From Gammaproteobacteria bacterium (GTDB lineage Bacteria > Pseudomonadota > Gammaproteobacteria > Steroidobacterales > Foliamicaceae), in NCBI GenBank assembly GCA_965213995.1, contig OZ243929.1, positions 1,439,236 to 1,503,235 on the forward strand: a stretch of 64,000 bases of DNA. The letters are read 5' to 3'. The notes beneath the pieces are model-generated. The model saw only the letters and a list, made by a program, of their open reading frames with translations, ran no database searches and was not told where the DNA came from. Each line of letters opens with the position of its first letter. The first letter of the stretch is position 1. The translations under genes and the position numbers were made by a program. This document shows, piece by piece, positions 58,150 to 64,000 of this stretch.

Positions 58150-61100
58150 ATGAAACAATCCTCAAGTATGCCGTCCTATGACATAGCCGTCGTGGGCGCC
58201 GGACCGGTAGGCAGCGTATGCGCCCTGGCCCACGCCCGCAAAGGTGCCCGGGTGGCTTTGCTGGAAGCCAATCCGCGCGCCGTGCGGCGTTTGGCCGGCG
58301 AGTGGCTGCATCCGCCCGGGGCGCGCGCGCTGCGCAATCTGGGGGTTGATCTTGATACGCAGCTGCCCAGTTGCGCGGGCAGAGGGTTTGTGGTGTTCCC
58401 GGACGATGGCGGAGAGTCCATTGTCTTCAATTATCCCGACGAAGCGCCCGGTCTGGTGTGTGAGCACGAGACGCTGGTTGGACGGCTGCGCGAGACCATC
58501 GAGCGCGAGCCGGGAATCGACTATCTGGCGCAAGCGAGGGTGCGCGAGGTGGGGGGCCGGCAGCTCGGCTACACGTTCGATGGCTCGAATCAGCGCCTGA
58601 CCGCCGGCAGAATTGTGGGAGCCGACGGTCGGATGTCGGTGGTGCGCAAATCGCTGGGCCTGTCCGCCGAGCTGATGACCAGCTCGCGGATGCTGGGCCT
58701 GGTTCTCAACGATGTGCATTTGCCGCTGGAGGGCTATGGACACCTGCTGCTGGGCGGTCCGGGCCCGATCCTCATCTACCGGGTGGCCGAGGAGCGCATC
58801 CGCCTCATTGTGGATATCCCGCTGGACCACTGGGCGCCGGGAGATCCGGTCGGCTTGCTGTTGGACGCCTATGCTCCGCTTGTGCCCGAGGAGGTTCGCG
58901 CCGCCTTTGTGCAGGCGTTGCGCTCAGGCAGGTTCAGAGCCGCGGCCAGCAGCTTGCGGCCGCGCGTCACCTACGGCAGCCCGGACCGGGTGCTGATCGG
59001 CGATGCCGCTGGACATTACCATCCGATGACAGCGATGGGGATGACCCTGGGCTTCGGCGATGCGATTGCGCTGGCCGAAAGCGCAAACTTCGAGGAGTTC
59101 TCGAACCGCCGTTTTTTGGATACGCGCGCGCCCGAGCTGCTTGCCATGGGCCTCTACGAGGTCTTCGCCGATCATCGCGACGAGGCCACGATGCTGCGCC
59201 ACGCGGTGTACCGGAACTGGCGGGCGAATGATGCCTTCCGCGAGCGAACCGTGGGCTTGTTGGCCTGCGAGGACACATCCCTTTCCAGCCTGACCTTGGC
59301 GTTCGGTGCCACGGTGCTGCGGTCGGTGGCGGGCGAGATTCCGCTTTCCTATAAAGCCAGCGTATGGCGGCGGCCTCTTGATTTGGTTCAGCGGCTTGCC
59401 GTGCGGCTCGGATGGGCGCTGGTTGGCGTGCGGGACTTGCAGAAGGCCAAGAGCGCAAACGGAAGCATGCAACCGCAGCCAAGCCATCCGCTGGCGCATG
59501 CGTTTTTAGTGTCGATGCCGGCGCGATCCGGCGCGGCGAAGTCCGTTCAATCAAAAGAGCCTGCTCCGCCCGATCCTGAAACCGCCGTTCGGCGGGCCGC
59601 AAAACGGCTAGTGGGTTTGCAGCGCGATGACGGCGCCTGGGAGGGCGAGATGGTGTGGTGCCCCATGCTCACCGCGCAATATGTGCTGCTCCATCATATC
59701 CTCGGGCGGCCGCTGGGCGATGCCCGGCGCCGCAGCGTTCTGCGCCAATTTGAGCGCAGCCGCTTTGCCCAAGGCCAATGGGGCATGCACGACCATTCGC
59801 CGCCCAATCTGTTTGTGACCACCCTGGTTTATGTTGCAGCGAGACTGCTGGGGGTTGAGCGCGACGATCCCTTGATAGAGCCGGCGCGCGCCTTCATGCA
59901 AACCGAAGGCGTTGCAAGCATTCCCAGCTGGGGGAAATTCTGGCTTGCGCTTTTGGGCCTGTACGGCTGGCGCGGGGTCAATCCCGTGCTTCCCGAACTC
60001 TGGCTGCTGCCGCGCTGGTTTCCTTTGCATCCGTCCAACTGGTACTGCCATACCCGCCTGATCTACATGGCCATGGCCGCGATCTACGCGCGGCGGTTCG
60101 TAGCGCCAGCCACGCCATTGATCGCCTCGTTGCGGGAGGAGCTGTATCCGCAGGGGTTCTCAAGCGTCAATTTCTCTGCGGCGCGCAACCTGCTTCGCCA
60201 AGGCGATCTGTTTGCCCGCCCGAGCGTTTGGCTCAGGGCCGGCTACGCCATGGCGCGCCTCTACGACCGCCTCCATATCCGTCGCCTGCGTGCCCGCTGC
60301 GTGAAATCGATCATTCCCCGGATCCGCTGGGAGCTGAACAGTTCAAGCCACACGAATATTTCCCCGGTGAGCGGAATTCTGAATATCCTCGCGTTATGGC
60401 TGCGCGACCCCAACGATTCCGATGGCCTCAAGGCGCTTGAAAAGCTGGAGGACTGGATATGGGATGACGAAGAGCACGGCGCGCGCGTGACCGGCGCCCG
60501 AAGCGCTTCCTGGGACACCGGCTTTGCGCTGCAGGCGCTGTCGGCCGCCGCCAAGGTCGAGGACACCGGGAGCGCCATGCAAAACGCTGCGGACTTCCTT
60601 GCGGCGCAACAGATCAATGTGAGCTTCGAAGGATTTCGCGAAGCCTTCCGGGCGGACCCGAAGGGCGGCTGGTGCTTTGCCGGCGGCTGGCATGGTTGGC
60701 CGGTATCCGACTGCACCGCCGAAGCGGTGCTGGGGCTTGTCGCCGCGCGCGGCGATGCGGCGGACCGCGCCGCGATCGCCAATGCCGTCGCCTTCATGCT
60801 GCGCAGCCAGAACCGCGACGGCGGTTTCGGCAGTTACGAGGCGCGCCGCTCCAGGGTTCCTCTGGAGTGGCTGAATCCTGCGGAGATGTTTGGCGAGTCG
60901 ATGACCGAGCATTCATTTGTGGAATGCACAGCATCCTGCCTCGCGGCGCTGGCCGCGGCGGGCAGGCATTTCCCGGACCTTGCCGACGACTCTGTTTCGG
61001 CAGCCGTGTCGCGGGCGGATGCGTGGCTCAGGCGCACCCAGGCCAGCGACGGGTCGTGGCGCGGAGTGTGGGGCGTGCAATTTGTTTACGGCACGTTTTT

Positions 61101-61512
61101 CGGGGTGCGGGGCCTGCTGGCTGCTGGTTGCAGCCGGACCGATCCGGCTCTGCGCCTAGCCTGCCGGTGGCTGCTGGACCGCCAGCGGGAGGATGGCGGA
61201 TGGGGCGAACACCACAGCGGCTGCTTGCCCGGCACTTACGTGGAGCATGAGGAAAGCCAGGTCATCCAAACCGCTTGGGCATTGATCGCGCTTTTAGAGG
61301 CGGGCGATTCCAACTGGGCGGCGCTTTCGCGCGGCGCCCAGTTCCTGCTGAGAACGCAGCAAGAGGATGGCGGATGGCCCAAGCAGGATATGGCGGGGGT
61401 GTTTTTCCGAACCGCGCTTCTGGACTACGTGCTCTACCGGCAGTATTTCCCTTTGCATGCGCTGGCGCTGTTCGAGCGCCGTCAGGCGCGCTTGGATACG
61501 GCAAGGTCGTGA
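58150..61512 (+). CDS. Fusion protein: squalene monooxygenase (epoxidase)-like FAD domain plus oxidosqualene cyclase
   Basis: N-terminal domain: YDIAVVGAGPVGS, GEWLHPPG (compare the SQMO motif GELLQPGG) and GDAAGHYHPMTAMGMT (compare GDAxNMRHPLTGGGMT). C-terminal domain: multiple QW repeats (QRDDGAWEGE, QNRDGGFGSYE, QASDGSWRGVWG, RQREDGGWGEH, QQEDGGWP) and the catalytic GGWHGWPVSDCTAEAV. One uninterrupted 1120-aa ORF. Confidence 0.85.
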   Translation: MKQSSSMPSYDIAVVGAGPVGSVCALAHARKGARVALLEANPRAVRRLAGEWLHPPGARALRNLGVDLDTQLPSCAGRGFVVFPDDGGESIVFNYPDEAPGLVCEHETLVGRLRETIEREPGIDYLAQARVREVGGRQLGYTFDGSNQRLTAGRIVGADGRMSVVRKSLGLSAELMTSSRMLGLVLNDVHLPLEGYGHLLLGGPGPILIYRVAEERIRLIVDIPLDHWAPGDPVGLLLDAYAPLVPEEVRAAFVQALRSGRFRAAASSLRPRVTYGSPDRVLIGDAAGHYHPMTAMGMTLGFGDAIALAESANFEEFSNRRFLDTRAPELLAMGLYEVFADHRDEATMLRHAVYRNWRANDAFRERTVGLLACEDTSLSSLTLAFGATVLRSVAGEIPLSYKASVWRRPLDLVQRLAVRLGWALVGVRDLQKAKSANGSMQPQPSHPLAHAFLVSMPARSGAAKSVQSKEPAPPDPETAVRRAAKRLVGLQRDDGAWEGEMVWCPMLTAQYVLLHHILGRPLGDARRRSVLRQFERSRFAQGQWGMHDHSPPNLFVTTLVYVAARLLGVERDDPLIEPARAFMQTEGVASIPSWGKFWLALLGLYGWRGVNPVLPELWLLPRWFPLHPSNWYCHTRLIYMAMAAIYARRFVAPATPLIASLREELYPQGFSSVNFSAARNLLRQGDLFARPSVWLRAGYAMARLYDRLHIRRLRARCVKSIIPRIRWELNSSSHTNISPVSGILNILALWLRDPNDSDGLKALEKLEDWIWDDEEHGARVTGARSASWDTGFALQALSAAAKVEDTGSAMQNAADFLAAQQINVSFEGFREAFRADPKGGWCFAGGWHGWPVSDCTAEAVLGLVAARGDAADRAAIANAVAFMLRSQNRDGGFGSYEARRSRVPLEWLNPAEMFGESMTEHSFVECTASCLAALAAAGRHFPDLADDSVSAAVSRADAWLRRTQASDGSWRGVWGVQFVYGTFFGVRGLLAAGCSRTDPALRLACRWLLDRQREDGGWGEHHSGCLPGTYVEHEESQVIQTAWALIALLEAGDSNWAALSRGAQFLLRTQQEDGGWPKQDMAGVFFRTALLDYVLYRQYFPLHALALFERRQARLDTARS

Positions 61513-61525
61513 GGGGCGCCCGAGA

Positions 61526-62269
61526 ATGATCCGCACACGGGCCCGGACAACTGCTGACCACACCCACGCCGCCGCTAGTCAGGGGGAAGGCGTTGCGGTG
61601 CCGGCGGGCGTGCTCCTGACGCTGATACTGGCCGTTTTGGCTTTGCCCGGCCTTGCGGCGCGCTATTGGGCCGACGGCCATCTGAGCTTGGTTTATTCCG
61701 TCCTCTGCGTGTTCTTTGCCGTTAACTTTCTTATCTGCTGGTGGGAAATTTGCCTCTACTTCCGCCGCGACTATATCGAAAAGCGCGCCCGCTACTGGCG
61801 GCAGCACCGAAAGGAAACTGGCCGCTCGCCGGTGCTGGATTTTGTTCTTTCCCGGGTGCCGCTCAAGCGAGCGTTTTCGCTCACTGTTTGGGCCAACGTT
61901 TGGGCCACCTACGCCGAATATGACGGCTCGTACGCGGACCGCCGCAGCTACGGGTTCAACGTCGATGTCGCCAACGGCTTCGCAACGCCGCTGCCCACAT
62001 TGGCGCTCTATGCGGCCTACGCCTTCGAGTTCATTCCGGCCCTTGCCGCAGGCATTCTTGGGGCCATGCTGTTTTGGCAATTCCTCTACATGACCTCCGC
62101 GTATCTTCTGAGCTTTGCGGTAGCGAAGCGCTATGAGCGCCTCAGCGGCCGGGAAATTTGCATCTATATTCTGGCAATGAATTCGGTATGGATACTGTGT
62201 CCGATTTTGGGCCTCTTCGTATCGATCGACCTGATCGTGAGCGGCAGCTACAGCGCCTTGGGATACTGA
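61526..62269 (+). CDS. Polytopic membrane protein, EBP/EXPERA-like (candidate sterol Delta8-Delta7 isomerase)
   Basis: About 4-5 TM segments. A by-eye match to the emopamil-binding-protein pattern: FAVNFLICWWEICLYF (EBP: FIHLVIEGWFVLYY), VWATYAEYDGSYADRRSY (EBP: LWKEYAKGDSRY) and ILAMNSVWILCPILG (EBP: VFMNALWLVLPGVL). Confidence 0.5.
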   Translation: MIRTRARTTADHTHAAASQGEGVAVPAGVLLTLILAVLALPGLAARYWADGHLSLVYSVLCVFFAVNFLICWWEICLYFRRDYIEKRARYWRQHRKETGRSPVLDFVLSRVPLKRAFSLTVWANVWATYAEYDGSYADRRSYGFNVDVANGFATPLPTLALYAAYAFEFIPALAAGILGAMLFWQFLYMTSAYLLSFAVAKRYERLSGREICIYILAMNSVWILCPILGLFVSIDLIVSGSYSALGY

Positions 62270-62316
62270 ACCAGAAGCCTCCCGCAGCCGGCCCCAAAGC
62301 CGCACAGCAGTTAAAG

Positions 62317-62420
62317 CCCGGTTCTCGGCCCCGCCTCGTGGGAGTGTCGGCGGCAGGAGCCGCCGCCAAGCCCCATGGATGGGTTTATGCGTCTCCCACG
62401 AGGCGGGGCCGAGAACCGGG
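62317..62420 (+). repeat. Family-1 intergenic palindromic element, copy g
   Basis: Arms cccggttctcggccccgcctcgtgggag / ctcccacgaggcggggccgagaaccggg are perfect. Inner hairpin ggcggc-agga-gccgcc, core aagccccatggatgggtttatgcgtctc. It lies between convergent genes. Confidence 0.85.
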
Positions 62421-62447
62421 CGAGGTCGAGCACAGCGAGGTTGCTGG

Positions 62448-63734
62448 CTATGCCAGCGGTCGGCGGGTGGGCTGGGCCGTCTGGCGGACGATGGCTTGGG
62501 CGGCGATTTCTCCGGACCGAACTGCCGATTCGATGGTGGCAGGCAAGCCGGTGGCGGTCCAGTCACCGGCTAGGAACACATTGGCGAACGCGCTTGCGGC
62601 GCCGGGGCGCAGACGCGCTTGTTCCGGTGTTTGAACAAACGTGGCCCGCTTTTCTTTCACCACGCGGTACGGCGGAAGGCTCGCCGGATTGTCGGCCAGC
62701 GCGGCAGCGACATCGCGCCAAGTTCGCTCAGCCAGCACCGCGGCTGATTCATGCACCAGATCAGCTGCGGCGCTAATGGTGACGGAGGCCACATCGCCGC
62801 GAACAAAAAGCCATTGCGCCGTGCCTCCGATCAGTCCGATAAACGGGAGCTGTGCGGGAATATCGGCTGGTTGGGACAAACGAAAATGCACATTCACGAT
62901 GGGGCTGCTTTGCAGCGGCGCCGCGAGTCCGGGCAGCAAGCCCGCCGCGGCCTGCGGCGGAACGGCTAGCACCACCCTGTCGTCCGCGCCGAGCCGCACG
63001 CGGCGCTCGCCGAAACACAGCGCCTCCGCCCGTCCATTCGACCGCTCGATTTGAGTGAGCCGCCGCTTAAATTGCAGCTCCGCTCCTTGTGCCCGCAGCC
63101 AAGCGAGCGCCGGGTCCACAAACGCGTCGGACAGCCCCCGCGCGGCGATCAGCGGACGGCAAGCGGCCTCGCCTTTGGCGAAGGTCTCGCGCAACACCGG
63201 CCGCAGCAATTGCGCGGCGCCCTCGGTGGCCGGCATGTTCAGCGCCGCCACGGCAAGCGGTTCCCAGAAACGCTCAAATAAAACGCCGCGGCTGCCCACG
63301 CAGTCCGCGACTGTCCGGCTGGGTCCGGCGAGCATCAATGCGAGCGCCGAAAGATGGCTCCATGCCGAGGAGTCGGGCGTTCTTCTGCCGGGATGAAAAA
63401 TCCACCAGGGCACGATGCCCGAGTTGGGGCGCAGCATCCATCGCCGCCCGCCGCCCACATCGAAAAAGGGAAAGCAGGCTCTTTCCGGGCCGACCAGCGC
63501 GTTGGCGGCGGCGCCGACCAGCGAGAGGTAGCGGGCAGTCGATTGGTTGCCGCTCAGCAACAGATGATTGCCGTTATCAATGCTGCATCCGAGCCGGGCA
63601 TCGGCAAAGGAGCGGCAGCGCCCGCCGGCCCGCCCGCTTGCCTCATGCAGCACTACCGCATGCTTTTTCGCGAGCAGGGAAACGGCCGTGGAAAGCCCCG
63701 CCAGCCCGGCGCCTATGACGTGCGTTCGGGGCAA
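62448..63734 (-). CDS. hpnE: Squalene-associated FAD-dependent desaturase HpnE
   Basis: HVIGAGLAGLSTAVSL...VLHEASGRAGGRCRSF dinucleotide fold, an amine-oxidase-like body and the C-terminal FLAGDWTATGLPATIESAVRSG. It lies downstream of hpnD. Confidence 0.85.
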   Translation of the reverse strand: MPRTHVIGAGLAGLSTAVSLLAKKHAVVLHEASGRAGGRCRSFADARLGCSIDNGNHLLLSGNQSTARYLSLVGAAANALVGPERACFPFFDVGGGRRWMLRPNSGIVPWWIFHPGRRTPDSSAWSHLSALALMLAGPSRTVADCVGSRGVLFERFWEPLAVAALNMPATEGAAQLLRPVLRETFAKGEAACRPLIAARGLSDAFVDPALAWLRAQGAELQFKRRLTQIERSNGRAEALCFGERRVRLGADDRVVLAVPPQAAAGLLPGLAAPLQSSPIVNVHFRLSQPADIPAQLPFIGLIGGTAQWLFVRGDVASVTISAAADLVHESAAVLAERTWRDVAAALADNPASLPPYRVVKEKRATFVQTPEQARLRPGAASAFANVFLAGDWTATGLPATIESAVRSGEIAAQAIVRQTAQPTRRPLA

Positions 63735-63752
63735 ACCCGCTGCGGGCTTCCG

Positions 63753-64000
63753 CTAACCGCTCGTTCGGGAATGGAGAAATCCATGGCGCAGCACCATCCA
63801 AAGCTTGCGCCAGCGGCCTATGACAACCGGTTGGGCCCATTGCTGCCAGCCCCGCGCATCAAGCTTCTTGAGCGTATGCCTGTAGATCTCCATCATAATA
63901 ACGACCGGTCGGGTCACGCGCTGGCTTAATTGCGGCAACAGCTTGTCCGTTTCCGAGTAGTAGCCGATCGCGCGTCCGGCCAAGTCTGTGCAGGCAGCGG
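63753..64000 (-). CDS. hpnD: Presqualene diphosphate synthase HpnD (C-terminal part; gene continues beyond the window)
   Basis: ...LAGRAIGYYSETDKLLPQLSQRVTRPVVIMMEIYRHTLKKLDARGW...RWRKLWMVLRHG matches the HpnD/phytoene-synthase-family C-terminus. The frame stays open to position 64000. Confidence 0.7.
   Translation of the reverse strand, partial: AACTDLAGRAIGYYSETDKLLPQLSQRVTRPVVIMMEIYRHTLKKLDARGWQQWAQPVVIGRWRKLWMVLRHGFLHSRTSG

Noticed and set aside
61262-62566. 434-aa minus-strand ORF
   Set aside because: It is antisense to the cyclase 3' end and the EBP-like gene, and it runs through repeat copy g. It has no motifs.

Overview
Visibly GC-rich proteobacterial (gammaproteobacterium-like) chromosomal window covering the replication-origin neighbourhood. 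That block runs gyrB-recF-dnaN-[candidate oriC]-dnaA on the minus strand, then rpmH-rnpA-yidC-mnmE-mnmG, and later rsmG-parA-parB on the plus strand. It is embedded in housekeeping genes: gpsA, class-1 pyrD, glnA, glyQS, gmhB, plsC, speB, glnB, dacB, msrB, htpG, an mltD-like gene and ubiA.

The standout is 53.8-64 kb. A tightly packed six-gene plus-strand operon, together with convergent hpnE-hpnD, looks like a sterol pathway rather than a hopanoid pathway. It encodes HpnC/D/E squalene synthesis, one 1120-aa ORF fusing a squalene-epoxidase-like flavoprotein to a cyclase with the oxidosqualene-cyclase signature VSDCTAEA, an ERG4/ERG24-family sterol reductase, a Rieske oxygenase plus NAD-dependent SDR pair, and an EBP/EXPERA-like membrane protein.

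Other notable content:
- An intergenic repeat family with an invariant core, covarying inner hairpins and copy-specific, perfectly complementary outer arms (8 copies), plus a second repeat family (3 copies).
- A low-GC type II restriction-modification islet at 0.9-3.3 kb.
- A Tat-exported protein followed by a KAS/HMGCS-like-DUF35 fusion and an SCP-x thiolase (PhlABC-like or archaeal thiolase/HMGCS/DUF35-like module).
- A YejABEF-like peptide ABC operon, carrying a low-GC XRE insert, that splits mnmG from rsmG.
- An NTF2/SnoaL-like gene with an in-frame TAG.
- A DUF4143-type AAA ATPase whose start codon sits inside overlapping palindromes.

No rRNA, tRNA, CRISPR array, transposase or integrase was recognised. 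Many long ORFs in the track are antisense or out-of-frame artefacts of high GC. All calls rest on by-eye motif recognition; no searches or computations were run.
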